Source: Eledone cirrhosa (Eukaryota). From it: a DNA stretch of 64,000 nt. Shown here in pieces: positions 29,969 to 46,983 of this stretch. The notes under the pieces are model-generated. The model ran no database searches. It had not been told where the DNA came from and saw only the letters and a list, made by a program, of their open reading frames with translations. Both the position numbers and the translations under genes were made by a program. How positions within the stretch are numbered: position 1 is the first letter of the stretch; every line of letters starts with the position of its first letter. The DNA lies in NCBI GenBank assembly GCA_964016885.1, contig OZ024742.1:294438001-294502000 (forward strand), given 5' to 3'.

Positions 29969-32095
29969 AGAAGAATCAGGTGGCGTGCTTTCCACTTCGA
30001 TAAATCTAATCTAAATGAAAATGTTTCAAATCTGGATAAAATCTTCAAATCTAAAAAAAATCCACCCCCCAACAAACTACTAATGGATTTTGAAAATGAT
30101 ATATCTATCATCCAAAGCATCAAATTCAAAAACAACTTGAAAGGCCAAGATTACTTAAAAGATATTAAGGATAATATTGAAAACTTGGAGAAAACGGAGA
30201 AAATTCTAGTCAAGTCGGACAAAACTAATAATCTTTACGGAATACAAAAGGACATTTATAACGACCTTATATTGAAGGAACTAAGGAAGAAATACAAAGT
30301 AGCAAATAAGGATGAACTTGAAAAACTGAACACAGATGCCTCTTGTATAATGCATGAACTAGACATTGAAAATAAAACACAACCCTTCATGCCAAGGAAA
30401 CCTAAGATTAATATGAAGGATCATAAAAGAAACTTTGAAAATGATTTACCAGTCAGATTAATTGCACCATCTAAATCTGACCTGGGCAGACTTAGCAAAA
30501 ATATTCTAGACAGAATAATACAACAAATTAAGAATTTACCTAATTTATCTTACTTAAAATTATGGAAAGGGACTAGTGAGGTTATCGATTGGTTTAAAGA
30601 AATTAAATATAACTATAATAATAAGTTTATTCAGTTGGATATTGCTAACTACTACTCATCTATCACTCCTAATCTACTGAATAAGGCACTAACTTACGCA
30701 TTTAAACATACAGACCTAACTAGCAATGAAATGCACATTATATTATCGGCACGGAAAACATTAATAGAATTTAATAACCAACTCTGGACTAGGGCAGATA
30801 GAAATAATAATTTCGACATAACTATGGGATCTTCAGATTCAGCTCAGGTAACGGACCTTGTGGGCCTATTTATAATTAATTCTCTAGATAGAAAAATACC
30901 AGGTGTAACCGGAGGCTTATATCGTGACGACATGCTTTTACTTATAGAAAATAATAGCTGTGAACTAAATAGAAAAAGAAAACAAATTATACAATTTTTT
31001 AATTACCTTAATCTAAAAGTAGAAATAGAGAATAACCATAAAATAGTCAATTTTCTAGATGTAACACTAAATCTCAACACATGTCTTCATTATCCATTTC
31101 ACAAACTAAATGAGAACTTAAATTATGTCAATTTTAACTCTAATCACCCCAGATCCGTTAAAAATACTATAGTGAACTCTTTTCAAGAACGAATTTCAAG
31201 AATTTCATCTAATAAGAATATATTTGATGAAAAAGCGCATTATTACAACGAAGCGTTAGGTAGAGCTGGGTATAGAAATAAAATTAAATACATCGATAAT
31301 AATAATAATATACAAACTAACCAAAATAATAACAACTTTAATTATGGTAACAATTTTAACAACTATAATAGAAAACATTACAATAATTCCGAAAGCCGAA
31401 AAAGAAATAGAACTAGGAATATATTATGGTTCGCTCCTCCTTTCTCACTAAATATTAAAACCCCTATTGCTAAGCTATTCTTTAAAGCTCTTGACAAACG
31501 CTTCCCTAGAACACATAAATATTACTCAATTTTTAATAGACATACTATAAAATTAACTTACTCTTCCACCAAAAATTTAGCGCAAAATATTAATAGAATT
31601 AATAATAGAAATTTAAAACCTAACCAAAATACCAATAATAACCCAAGCAATATCCAATCGAATAATTGTAACTGTAGAAATAAATCCAACTGTCCGTTAA
31701 ATAACAACTGCTTAGCTAAACATGTAGTTTATAATTGTAATGTTAAAACTAATTTAAATTCATTTAATTATGTCGGTTCTACCTCTACAGAATTTAAATC
31801 CCGCTTCAATAATCATAAAAACTCTTTTACGGATCCAAACAAAAAATCTTCAACTTCGCTATCTAGCCTATTATGGGACCTAAAACGAGATAATGTTGAA
31901 TATTCGATGATTTGGAATATTATTTCAAAAGCTACTCCTTTTAACTCTTCTTCAGAAAATTGTGATCTTTGTATAGAGGAAATATTCTTTATATTAAAGA
32001 CCAAAAATTCCCTTAATTTAATGAATAATTTATTCAGTTGCTGCAGACATAGATTGAACTCAACGTTTAAATATAAATATAAATTTAAAATGTAG
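29969..32095 (+). CDS. Penelope-like element ORF: RT + GIY-YIG endonuclease, uninterrupted but N-terminally truncated
   Basis: About 708 codons: VKSDKTNNLY, LDIANYYSSIT, FDITMGSSDSAQ, GLYRDD, NFLDVTLNL, CNCRNKSNCPL, VVYNC..NYVGST..FKSRFNNH, CDLCIEE. Confidence 0.93.
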   Translation, partial: RRIRWRAFHFDKSNLNENVSNLDKIFKSKKNPPPNKLLMDFENDISIIQSIKFKNNLKGQDYLKDIKDNIENLEKTEKILVKSDKTNNLYGIQKDIYNDLILKELRKKYKVANKDELEKLNTDASCIMHELDIENKTQPFMPRKPKINMKDHKRNFENDLPVRLIAPSKSDLGRLSKNILDRIIQQIKNLPNLSYLKLWKGTSEVIDWFKEIKYNYNNKFIQLDIANYYSSITPNLLNKALTYAFKHTDLTSNEMHIILSARKTLIEFNNQLWTRADRNNNFDITMGSSDSAQVTDLVGLFIINSLDRKIPGVTGGLYRDDMLLLIENNSCELNRKRKQIIQFFNYLNLKVEIENNHKIVNFLDVTLNLNTCLHYPFHKLNENLNYVNFNSNHPRSVKNTIVNSFQERISRISSNKNIFDEKAHYYNEALGRAGYRNKIKYIDNNNNIQTNQNNNNFNYGNNFNNYNRKHYNNSESRKRNRTRNILWFAPPFSLNIKTPIAKLFFKALDKRFPRTHKYYSIFNRHTIKLTYSSTKNLAQNINRINNRNLKPNQNTNNNPSNIQSNNCNCRNKSNCPLNNNCLAKHVVYNCNVKTNLNSFNYVGSTSTEFKSRFNNHKNSFTDPNKKSSTSLSSLLWDLKRDNVEYSMIWNIISKATPFNSSSENCDLCIEEIFFILKTKNSLNLMNNLFSCCRHRLNSTFKYKYKFKM

Positions 32096-33848
32096 TATAA
32101 TTAATTAAGTAATTTGGTTAATATATGAAACCTGTCGATAAATCATTAGATTCCTTCACCTTTTTCATTTTCTTTGGTTAAGTACTCAAGTATAAATTTT
32201 CTTCCTAAATATAAATATAAATATAATAAACTATTCTAGAAAAGTTTATCCTTTCAATATCTTGAATGAAATATACGTAAGATAAATCTCTATACTAAAT
32301 ATATTAATCATATTATTTTAGCTTAAAATATTCTATAAATATTTTAAAATATTTTAATATTTTGATATCTGTAGAATCCTTGTTTTTTAAGTTATATTGA
32401 TATAATATTTTATTTATTTTTCATTAGGTTTGTTTTTATTCTGATAGCTTCTCATAATTTTCAAAAGTTTATCCTTTCAATATCTTGATTAAAATATACG
32501 TAAGATAAATTTCTATACTAAATCTATTAAACATATTATTTTAGCTTGAAATATTCTATATTTTAAAATATTTTAATATTTTGATATTTGTAGAATTCGT
32601 TTGCCTTTTAAGTTATATTGATATAATTATATTTCCAAAATATAATCCTTTTGTATTTTATATACTCAATTGTACTATGTAATATATTGATGTATATTTA
32701 TCTCTATACGATTATGTATCTATATATGTGTATTAACATACATATACATGTGTTATATGCTTTTTATGAGTATATGTCTGTCTGTATATATGCATGAGTG
32801 ACGCGTGTTTACCAATTGGGTGAAGATGCACACACATATTTATATATGTATAGCTAAGAATTGTGTGTGTGCATGCTTACCCATGCAGTTTTGATTGCAG
32901 ATATGCATAATTTAACAGCCATAAATGCATGAAAGTTAATCCTATATATTTATATATATATACTAAACATTTTTATTTAATAACACAAGGAATGTATAGC
33001 ATAATAAAAAAAATCACTTATGCTTTGTATGTATATGTTATATGCGGGAGTAGATATAATGTGTATTTTCCGAGTGTGTGTGTATATATATATTTATGTA
33101 TCTTTGAGTATGTGTACGTGATATACGATAGGTAATTTCTCTAGCAATATATATATTTTGTAATGTTTAAATTCCAATTTTTAATATATTGATCTCAATT
33201 TTTAAACTAAATATCTAATCATAATTAAACAATGATTAATTTCTCATATTATATATATATATTCCATTCATGAATATTAATATTTCTAATTTTATTTATT
33301 CATTTCATCTCAAATGTTAACTCAACTTAATATGACATGACTTAAGGTTTTCGTTCTGTCCCCCTATCTCTATCTCTATATTTCTCTCTCTTGAGTTTTT
33401 TCTCTCTGTCCGGTGGTTTGATATCTCTCTGTTGTTTTCCTCTGTTTTCTTTTTTTCTTTTCTTTCTTCTTTTTTCTTTATTTATCTCTCTCCCTTTCTT
33501 TTCTCCACGTTTCTCTCTATCTCTCCGTCTTTTTACTTATCCTTAACACAACAACTTACTAAAATAAACAAACCACTATCCTGATGTCGTCCAAAAGTAA
33601 TGGTCGCATTTTGAAAGGGTACGTCAATGTTTATTTATAAAACTGGTATATATTGTATTTTGTCTGATGAAGGCATACCATAATTTAACTTGGTATCCTT
33701 GAAATATGTAAAATGAAATAAATATAGTTTTATAAATATAGTTTCCATTTGTTAATATCGTATATCTACTCGAAATACTTGTCGAGTGCTTTATATCAGT
33801 TATAAAAATATTTGTTTGTTGTATCCCAACAATTTAAATAGAACTTTT
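32096..33848 (+). mobile_element. 3' region and pLTR of the PLE at 29969
   Basis: AT-rich UTR with a duplication (about 32240-32410 / 32464-32630), a pyrimidine tract and a terminal HHR. Confidence 0.75.
33655..33720 (+). ncRNA. Type I hammerhead motif (3' half ambiguous)
   Basis: tattttgt CTGATGA(33664-70) aggcatacca...tggtatcctt GAAA(33701-04) tatgta aa atgaaata; cleavage triplet imperfect. Confidence 0.7.
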
Positions 33849-33857
33849 GTATATATG

Positions 33858-33920
<63 letters not shown>

Positions 33921-34133
33921 GTATATATATATATGTATATATATATACATGTATATATATATATACGTGTATATATATATGTGTATATATATGTATATAC
34001 ATATATATATATGTATATATATATATGTATATATATGTATATATATATATATGTATATATATGTATATATATATGTATATATATGTATATATATATGTAT
34101 ATATATGTATATATATATATATGTATATATATG

Positions 34134-34495
<362 letters not shown>

Positions 34496-34502
34496 TACAT
34501 AC

Positions 34503-34639
<137 letters not shown>

Positions 34640-34843
34640 GTACATATATATATATATAATATGTATATATATATGTATATATATATATATGTATATATAT
34701 GTATATATATATATGTATATGTATATATGTATATATATATATGTATATGTATATATGTATATATATGTGTATATATGTATATATATGTGTATATATGTAT
34801 ATATATGTATATATATGTATATATATGTATATATATGTATATA

Positions 34844-34884
<41 letters not shown>

Positions 34885-34973
34885 GTATATGTATATATAT
34901 GTATATATATGTATGTATATATATGTATATATATATATGTATATATATATATGTATATATATGTATATATATG

Positions 34974-35020
<47 letters not shown>

Positions 35021-35037
35021 GTATATATATATATATG

Positions 35038-35085
<48 letters not shown>

Positions 35086-35492
35086 GTATATATATATATA
35101 TGTATATATATGTATATATATATGTATATATATGTATATATATATGTATATATATGTATATATATATGTATATATATGTATATATATATGTATATATATG
35201 TATATATATATGTATGTATATATATGTATATATATGTATATATATATGTATGTATATATATGTATATATGTATGTATATATATGTATATATATATGTATA
35301 TATATGTATATATATGTATATATATATGTATATATATGTATATATATGTGTATATATATGTATATATATATGTATATATATGTATATATATATGTATATA
35401 TATATGTATATATATGTATATATATGTATATATATATGTATATATATGTATATATATATGTATATATATGTATATATATATGTATATATATG

Positions 35493-35742
35493 GTTAAATA
35501 AAAGTCAAATGATTAAAATTTAGCTTCGTTTATTACTGCTATATATATTTCAGTGACAGCCAAAGATGGCTGTCACTGAAATATATATAGCAGTAATAAA
35601 CGAAGCTAAATTTTAATCATTTGACTTTTATTTAACTTTATTTTACACTACTCCGGAGTAACCAAACCAACCTGCGCACTTCGTCGAGTGCTCCAGCCTG
35701 CATACTGAGGTGTTGGTAGACAACCAACATAAACTCAAAATC
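35493..35742. mobile_element. Palindromic pLTR fragment with HHR 3' halves plus tail
   Basis: Palindrome 35493-35636 around loop aaga(35563-66); agtgacagcca/tggctgtcact GAAA(35578-81) tatata TA gcagt aataaa. Confidence 0.8.
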
Positions 35743-35762
35743 TATGTATATATATGTATATA

Positions 35763-35818
<56 letters not shown>

Positions 35819-35835
35819 CATGTATATATATATAT

Positions 35836-35995
35836 ATGTTGTTATACTTGGGGAGGGTCATATTTGTGTAATATTGCCAGAATTAATAACAGAACACACT
35901 CACTGTTTGGTTGGTTTTCGCTTTTCGTACCTCATGGTACGACAACCAGAGATACCAGAGTGTCATGTTTGTGGACGCTACCCCTGGAGGGAATG
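35836..35995 (-). mobile_element. pLTR fragment related to 34235-34436
   Basis: Shared ttgttatactt.gggagggtcat end; - strand GAAA ac...gt TC; the CUGANGA half is not present. Confidence 0.55.
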
Positions 35996-36050
<55 letters not shown>

Positions 36051-36052
36051 AT

Positions 36053-36888
36053 CGGTGTGTATTTTATGTATGAGTATATATTTTACTTGTTTATTTCTTT
36101 TAATATATTTCTTTTTATTTCTAAATTTATAGATACATTTTTATAAATAGGCTGTTGTCTGACACCCTCTATAATTACTGACTCCCTTTACCTATTTTTA
36201 GTTCTGCATCTAGATGTAAGTATATGTGGCAGTGTTTATGTGTGCGCCTCAATATCCATATAGTTATAATAATAATATATACGTATGTGTGTGTGTGTGT
36301 GTGTATGTGTGTGTGTGTGTATGTTCGTGGGTATGTGTATGTTTATGTGTATATGCGTGTGTGTGTATGAATGTATGTATATGTGTGTATATATGAGTGT
36401 ATATATGTATGTATACGTATGTGTATTTTGTCTGTAGATTATAAACATACAGAGACATTAGCCCTGAATTTTTGTATTTACATACATTTTTTCGACATGC
36501 GTATGCATGTGAACATACATTTTTATGCATATCTGTGAACGAAGTTACTTACATATATACACACACCTAACTGTATTTTCTTGATATATTTTTGTGTATT
36601 TCATTGGTCTATTTGAACTCTGTTCCCAAACAGACCTGTAATTTTGAATTGTTGTTATTATCAATAAATATATTTCATTATTTCTGAAGACGGCATATGT
36701 ATGTGTTGGTATGTATATTCTATTTGATAGTTTGTATAATTTTGTATAATTTTGTACATAGATCTGTTGAATATGCATGCCAATTCTAACACATATATGT
36801 CCTAGAAACGATCGTTAAATAATGAACTTTTTTTGTTTAATATAAGGAACTGTTTCATTGTTTTATTCATTATTTTTTTAATATTTTA
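36053..36888 (+). mobile_element. Solo PLE 3' region / pLTR
   Basis: GT-rich non-coding stretch ending in an HHR; flanked by TA arrays. Confidence 0.65.
36674..36826 (+). ncRNA. Type I hammerhead ribozyme with 10-bp stem I and about 115-nt stem II
   Basis: ttcattattt CTGAAGA(36684-90) cggcatatgtatgtgtt...aacacatatatgtccta GAAA(36805-08) cgatcg TT aaataatgaa; GUU triplet. Confidence 0.88.
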
Positions 36889-39737
<2,849 letters not shown>

Positions 39738-40539
39738 TTCAGTTGATTAAATGTTTTATTGAATGAAAAGTTTTAAAGTTTTCTTTTCTTTTTTAGTGTT
39801 TTGTACAGTTTTCAAAATTTAACAAAATAAAATGTGCCTTTTGGAGTCTGTACATGAACTCTTTCCTAACTTGACATTTCTCTAGAATCTATGAAGTGTA
39901 GATCACTGAACAATGCTGCTTATATTTCACCACCTTTACAAACCATTGCTCTGTCTGTGTGTGTGTGTGTGTAAAATTTGAAAATGTAGTCACCACAAAG
40001 GAGAATTTAATAGTTGTTGGTAGCTATTGATAGTACATGATTAAATTGGGTAAATCATCACCCAATTTATTCACTTATTTAGTTATCGATATTATTATAG
40101 TTATCTGGATTGTGGCAACTAAATTTTTAAATTGTAAATTTTGCAATGCTTTGTAAATTAACCAAATTGTGTGTGTATGTGTATGCATGTATGTGTAAAT
40201 ATATATATACGTGTACACACACACATGGTATCCCCAAATCACCTATCTATTTTAAAGTCAAATATGTATGTTTATTAATACAATTTGTAAATACACGTGA
40301 CTTTTAAGACACCAAATCTGTGTGTGTGTGGTTTATTAAGGTTGAGTCAGTGGCTTGCTACTGTGAAGTACTCACTCACGCGTTACCCACCTATTGAATT
40401 GTTGGTTAGTATGGTCTAATGACCATGCAACCACAGGAACTTCAGAATAACAAGACACTAATTTAAATTATTAGTTTCTACTATGGTATAAAGTAATCAT
40501 TCTTGTATTTGTCAATACTAAACATATATATATATTATA

Positions 40540-41959
40540 CTAGCAGTAAAGCCCGGCGTTGCTCGGGGTCGCTCAGTAGCTGTGTTAAAGTTACAATGTT
40601 AAGTTTCTTTTTTGGCTTAAAAACTGTAGTGTCTACTGTGCAGACTTGCATGTGGTGTTTTTGATTAATATTCCCTCAACCAACAATATGCCTTATGAAG
40701 TTAAGAAAACATAACGATAACCCGAATGTTATAACAAAAGAGGATGCTGGGGATAGAAACTGCACTGGTTATTTATTAACAAAGATCGAAAATGTAAACA
40801 CTGCAACGCAGAGAAAAACATTAGCGTAACCAAATTATCAGTTATGTCTGTCTGCACGCCTATATCACCTCTCTGCACGACTATCTGTCTGCACGCGTAT
40901 ATCACCTCTCTGCACGACTATCTGTCTGCACGCCTATATCACCTCTCTGCACGACTGTCTGTCTGCACGACTGTCTGTCTGCACGCCTAACGACGAAATA
41001 TTTGCTTGTTTTACGTAGTCTTTAAATAGACTTGTTTTCAAGTAAAAATATTGTTTTAAAATGCTTTTAAATGGAAATGAAGCAAAACGGAAGCTTAGTG
41101 TTCGAACTGATGAATTTTGCAGGTCAATAAAAGTTACAATGTTAAGTTTCTTTCTTGGCTTAAAAACTGTAGTGTCTACTGTGCAGACTTGCATGTGGTG
41201 TTTTTGATTAATATTCCCTCAACCAACAATATGCCTTATGACGTTAAGAAAACATAACGATAACCCGAATGTTATAACAAAAGAGGATGCTGGGGATAGA
41301 AACTGCACTGGTTATTTATTAACAAAGATCGAAAATGTAAACACTGCAACGCAGAGAAAAACATTAGCGTAACCAAATTATCAGTTATGTCTGTCTGCAC
41401 GCCTATATCACCTCTCTGCACGACTATCTGTCTGCACGCGTATATCACCTCTCTGCACGACTATCTGTCTGCACGCGTATATCACCTCTCTGCACGACTG
41501 TCTGTCTGCACGACTGTCTGTCTGCACGCCTAACGACGAAATATTTGCTTGTTTTACGTAGTCTTTAAATAGACTTGTTTTCAAGTAAAAATATTGTTTT
41601 AAAATGCTTTTAAATGGAAATGAAGCAAAACGGAAGTTTAGTGTTCGAACTGATGAATTTTGCAGGTCAATATTTTGCTGGCTCGACAACTGTTAAAGCC
41701 AGCGTAATTTTTTACGTAAGACGCTCAATGTAAACAGAACAAAGGGAAATAACTGATCACTTACGCTCAAAAATCGATACATTATATTCGATTTCGTCAC
41801 ATAGGGCGGGTCAATTTGAAATTTTTTTTTTCCGATGTCTTCGCTAGGGCTCAATGTACAAGTATAGCAATTTCGGTGCAATTCCGTGAGAGATTCTAAG
41901 AGGAGATGTGTGCCAAAAATCGATAGACAGACAGACAACCACAGTTTTATATATATAGA
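40540..41959 (-). mobile_element. Non-autonomous Helitron-type element
   Basis: - strand starts TC(tatatatataaaa) followed by (ctgt)n and ends with hairpin cccg-agcaacgc-cggg then CTAG; sits between A and T; internal about 543-bp tandem duplication and about 37-bp minisatellite. Confidence 0.8.
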
Positions 41960-42622
41960 TAATATATTGTATTATATATATGTGTTTATATATATACGTA
42001 AATACTATATATATATATATATATAAATGGGTAAATAAAACGGAAATGATACTGTACAATGAAGATATAAGAGTTTTAATGTTTATATAAAACACACTGT
42101 CTGAAAGAGATCTAGGTATTTGAAATTTAAATATTCATGTTCATTAGTAACATTTTAAAATAGCCAGGTGATGTTTGGGAGAGCTTTTATATTTGCCACA
42201 ACAACCACCTTCCCATTGATGATTGTGAACTAATCTGACAGATTTTAGCTCTGCTCCTATAAGCTACAGCTACATCATTGATATATATACACACATATGG
42301 TTAACTGGTCTCTCTCTCTTTCTATCTTCTGTTTATTTCAATAAGTAATAAAGACCTTAAAACCAACTTACATAGAAATATCTTATTGTTTGTTAATATT
42401 CACACTAAAACATTAACAAAAATGTGATACAAAAGAACTTTATTTATACTGACTTTCCAAGATACTTACCAATCAATTATTACATATCTCACAAAGCTTC
42501 ATATTAATTCTAATGCTTTATTCTCATCATGCCTGGGACAGGCTGAATTTACTATCATGTTGAAACTGTTTAAATTATAGGGAAAAAAAAGAGCAAAACT
42601 CTTACCAGATCAACTTCCTTAA

Positions 42623-42735
42623 CCCTTTAGCCACTCATACTGACATTACGGTATTGTTCTCAATCTCGTAGATTCCATATTACATGAGGTAAAGCTTTTA
42701 CCATGAAAATATATTGTAATGTAAATGGTAAAGGG
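42623..42735. mobile_element. piggyBac-type MITE (short copy)
   Basis: TTAA|cccttta...taaaggg|TTAA; interior related to 56633-56842. Confidence 0.7.
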
Positions 42736-44085
42736 TTAACTTGTGTCTAAAACACATTACTCCTAACACTATAAGGAACATACACCTAAGTAAATGCTTT
42801 GATCGAGATAGTTTCAAGTCTTCATACACATATTCATCATCATAAAAAGTTCCTTAGATAACTACACACATTCAACCAACACAATATAGTTATATCTGAT
42901 CTCCAAGCTAAGTTTCTTCACTATTCTAAACTATGACATGATTAATGTATGTTATCAATCGATTTGCACACGAAAGAAAGTGCCTCACATGCAAGTTCCA
43001 ATGGATTCTAAATAAACATTACCACTACTTTTTACTATGACACTAACAATAACACAACAAAAACCAGGGACCAGCGTTCTAGCAGATATTACAACTACAA
43101 TGGAACTAATAACATCACCAATAAAACTATAAATAAACCACTTGTAACAAATCTATTTGGCTCCCTCACAACTAAAGAATTAGAATTACTAAGCTGTGGG
43201 TAAGAATTCATTGTAGGTCAACACTACACCGAGAAAGTAAAACTTGATATAGAGGCCAACTTCTATAGAATGGCATATCAGTTGAAGTGGATAACATCAC
43301 TTACATTCATTCCTGCTGCTATTACCATTAGTACATCCAACACAACCATTGCCAACACCACTGCTACTACTGCTTTCACCAGTACCTCTGTCAGCACTAA
43401 ACTTAATTCTCTCTCTATATTCTATCCAGACAATCCACTCCAACCAACCACGAACTTAACGTTAAACTAACTAGACTTAAGCATTCTATCTCCAAGACTT
43501 TACAGAAGCACTCTTCCCTCTGTCAATTTTTCTGTGCCCCCATCTCACCACCCTAAGAAACACGTTAAAAAAAAAAAAAATATATATATATATACCTTCC
43601 ACCAGACGAAGGGAGAGAATTCTGCATCATCGAGCAGAACACCTACAACTGGCAGTCAAAACACCTCAGCAACACCACTATACAGAAAGGTTAACAACAC
43701 CACCTGGCCAGCTAGAAGTCACCATTAACACCAATTGGACTAATATCTGTAGCTACAGAAGTCTCCCAGATAGAATTAAATGTATTTTAACCACCAAAAA
43801 CAGCAAGTTCCCCACCTAGCATCTTATTAAAACATAAAACAGGGCTCAATTTATAAATTAGATCTATTGTTTTATGATATAGATGGTTCTTTCTATAAAA
43901 TTTCCTGGCTTCTCTCCAGCTTTCTCAAACCTCTTCTTCACACCTTCTCCACACATGTAGACAGCTCCCATGAAGTAATCAACAGTTTATAAGACCTAGA
44001 ATAGATACCTGTTTAGCTTAGACGTAGTTTCTCTCTACACCTGTGGAACTACAGCTTATGCTGCAACACTGACTTTGACTCTTTT

Positions 44086-44136
<51 letters not shown>

Positions 44137-44925
44137 AAAATAACATATTAAAGGTAAGCAAAGAATCGCTGCTTTCACTCTTAACAGGATCTTCTGAAAC
44201 TAAAAAAATCCATCTCTGAACGCAGAAGTAAATATTTCGAAAAACGTTGCAACCGAAGGAAGACAGGAAGACGATACTTTGGTTCATAGTTTTAGGTATT
44301 TCTTCCTGCTTGGTATGGGTATGTTCTTTGTAGAAATATTTAGATGTTGTTTCTGCATGATGAATATAAGTCAATAGAGTGCTCAAGGCCTTTTGTTATG
44401 AATTTTTAAGGTTGTGACCATCATCACATACCCAGCCTCAGCAAAAACAGGGGGAAGTAATATTTATATATCATTTTCATCATTATCATCATCATAATAA
44501 TTTAAGGTTTGCTTTCCATGCTGGCATGGGGCTAAATGGATTGTCATGATCTGTCACTAAACATGTCAGGAGATCATGTCTCACTCATATGTTCCATCAT
44601 TTGTATGGTTTCCACTGCTGTATACTCTTCATAACACCAAACATTTTACACAGTTAATTGAATTTTAAAAACATATATAGTGTTAAAAATCAATAAATTA
44701 TTATCTGAAAATTAACTTTGGACATTGTTCATTTTGTTTTATTAACCAATTCATGCAATCGTTAAATTATCTTGTAAATTAGATTATTAAATTAGAGTAT
44801 CTTTACAATTATAATCTTGCTCAGGTAACTACTATTATGATAACCTAAATAAAAGGACAAAGTTCAATTAAAAAAAAAACAGTTTAAATGATGTAATATA
44901 CCTGTTTATTTATAAAACATCATTG

Positions 44926-45130
44926 TAACGGTAGAGCGTTGGACAACATGCTTTGCGACATAGAGTTACGACCCTTTACATTCTGAGTTCAAATCCTGCC
45001 GAAGTTAGCTTTGCCTTTCATCCTTATGGTGTTGATAAAATAAAGCACCAGTAATGCACTGGGGTCGATTTAATCAACCCCCCCCCCCCCCCGCACAAAT
45101 TGCTGGCCTTGTGCCTATAGTAGAAATCAT
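44926..45130 (+). mobile_element. tRNA-derived SINE (Meta-like core domain)
   Basis: B box gagttcaaatcc; core gcctttcatcctt..gg..gataaaata..accag; other copies in the window. Confidence 0.8.
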
Positions 45131-45594
45131 TAATTTTTAATTTTTGGTCAACAAACTCCTAATTCAGCTGACTCCTGACTGAAGGTGCTCTAGCCATAAG
45201 ATTCCCTTCTCCTGCCTAGTGAATCTGGGACTACACTATTCAATGTGTCCTTTTTGTTTAGAATGGTGATATGTGATTTGGAGATTTGACTACTATTTTT
45301 CAGTAGGTTGAGAAACTGTTAAGAAGTTAACAAGTCCACTTCACAATCATACAATCATAACGTTCTGGATTAGATCTCATTGTGTGATATGTTGGGCAAG
45401 TGTCATTTGCTATAGCCATTCGACAACCCAAGCCTTGTGAGTGAAATTGCATAAATGTTTGAAAGTTTGTTGGTTGGATTGTACCTGTAATTCAAATGGC
45501 CAACCTTGTCACACATTGTGTCTTATTTCTATATACTTTTTATTTCTGTGTATATATAAATATATAAAAATGAAATCAAAGTCCTTAATTATTA

Positions 45595-45800
45595 TAATTG
45601 TTTCTACAATTTTTTTATGGGCAGGGGCAAGTCGATCAAATAAACCCCAGTGCATTACTGGTACTTTATTTTATCAGTCCCATAAAGATGAAAGGCAAAG
45701 CTAACCTTGGCGGGATTTGAACTCAGAACGCAAAGAGCCGTAACTCTATGCTACAAGGCATGCTGTCCAACGCTCTACCGATACTACCAATCCACTGCCC
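45595..45800 (-). mobile_element. tRNA-derived SINE, same family
   Basis: Reverse-complement similarity to 44926-45130. Confidence 0.8.
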
Positions 45801-46475
45801 TTTATAATAATAAGGGACCACCATAGTTTTTGATGATGAATTCCATTTGTTCAATCAATGGCATGCTATATAAATTTAATTAATTTGAAACAGATGAGTA
45901 CTCCTCAGACATTTGTATCATTAAATAATTTTCAGGGAGAATCACCATGACACAGTGAGTGACACGACTGGTCCTTTGAGTTACAGGTACTGTCTTATTT
46001 CTCTAACAGGGCTATGGTAAATGACACTTGCCAGGTAGTAAGATTGAATCCTGGACTTTATGACTGTGAACCAAACTTCTTAAACATTTGACCCCACTGC
46101 ATCCATATTATGTAAAGATGCAAAGGCTGGTACAGCTTGGCACCAATGTTGGAGAAGTCACAACAATTGACAGGATTGAAAATTGTTTTTAAAATTCAGT
46201 GTTTGATCTTAATCACAAGCAGTGAGAACAACATCAGATAAAATATGAACAGAAAAGCTTAAAAAGCTTAATGCATTTAATTAGTTGGATACATAACAGT
46301 GATAGATCTCTTGAGTAATGTTAGGGCTGAGGAGCTACGGGGGCTGTGGAACTATAGGGATTGTGGAGGTATAGGGGATTGTGGAGCTACAGGGGTTGTA
46401 CCCCAACACCTACCAATAATAACAGTGAGATACAGTGTAAAATATACATCAGTATTTCAACAACTGTAATATAAT

Positions 46476-46950
46476 CATCATCATCATCATCATAATCATT
46501 TTTACGTCCATTTTTCTATGCTTGCATGGGTTGGATGGGCACAGCATCTTTCCACTTGCCACGTTTCTTCGCCATCTCCTCTGTGTGTCTCAACAATTGC
46601 AGGTCAGCTCTCACCACCTCTGCCCAGGTCTTCCTTGGTCTACCTCTGAGATTTTCTGGCAGTTCTTCACCCAGGGATCATCATTCATGTACATCACATG
46701 TCTGTACCAACACAGTCTTCTCTATGGCACACCACTTCGAATTCAGCTTAAACCCAGATTTTCCCACAGTTCATCCAAGCTCTGCTTTTTCTCGCATATT
46801 TACATTGCACATCCAACGAAGTATGGTTGGTTCATTTCTCTCCAGTCTAAACATGTTTTCTACAGTCACTGCCCATGTTTCACAACCATGCAGCATTGCA
46901 CTTCACACACAGGTGTCAATATAGTCACCCTTTTGTACATAGGGAGAAAC
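46476..46950 (-). mobile_element. Old RTE LINE 3' fragment
   Basis: (ATG)n tail; - strand similarity to the MLHG.ETWA..RL.W.GHV region of 63041-63619. Confidence 0.75.
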
Positions 46951-46983
46951 CTTTTAATAATAATAATAATAATAATAATAACA

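Noticed and set aside
33575-33632. ctgatgt...gaaa...gtc as a second hammerhead
   Set aside because: Core A9 is altered and no convincing stem I or stem III pairing.
41108-41114. ctgatga in the Helitron repeats (also 41650)
   Set aside because: No stem II/GAAA/NUH arrangement; chance heptamer.
42460-44460. Possible minus-strand exons (cttacc donor-like sites, short ORFs)
   Set aside because: No recognisable protein similarity or consistent exon chain.
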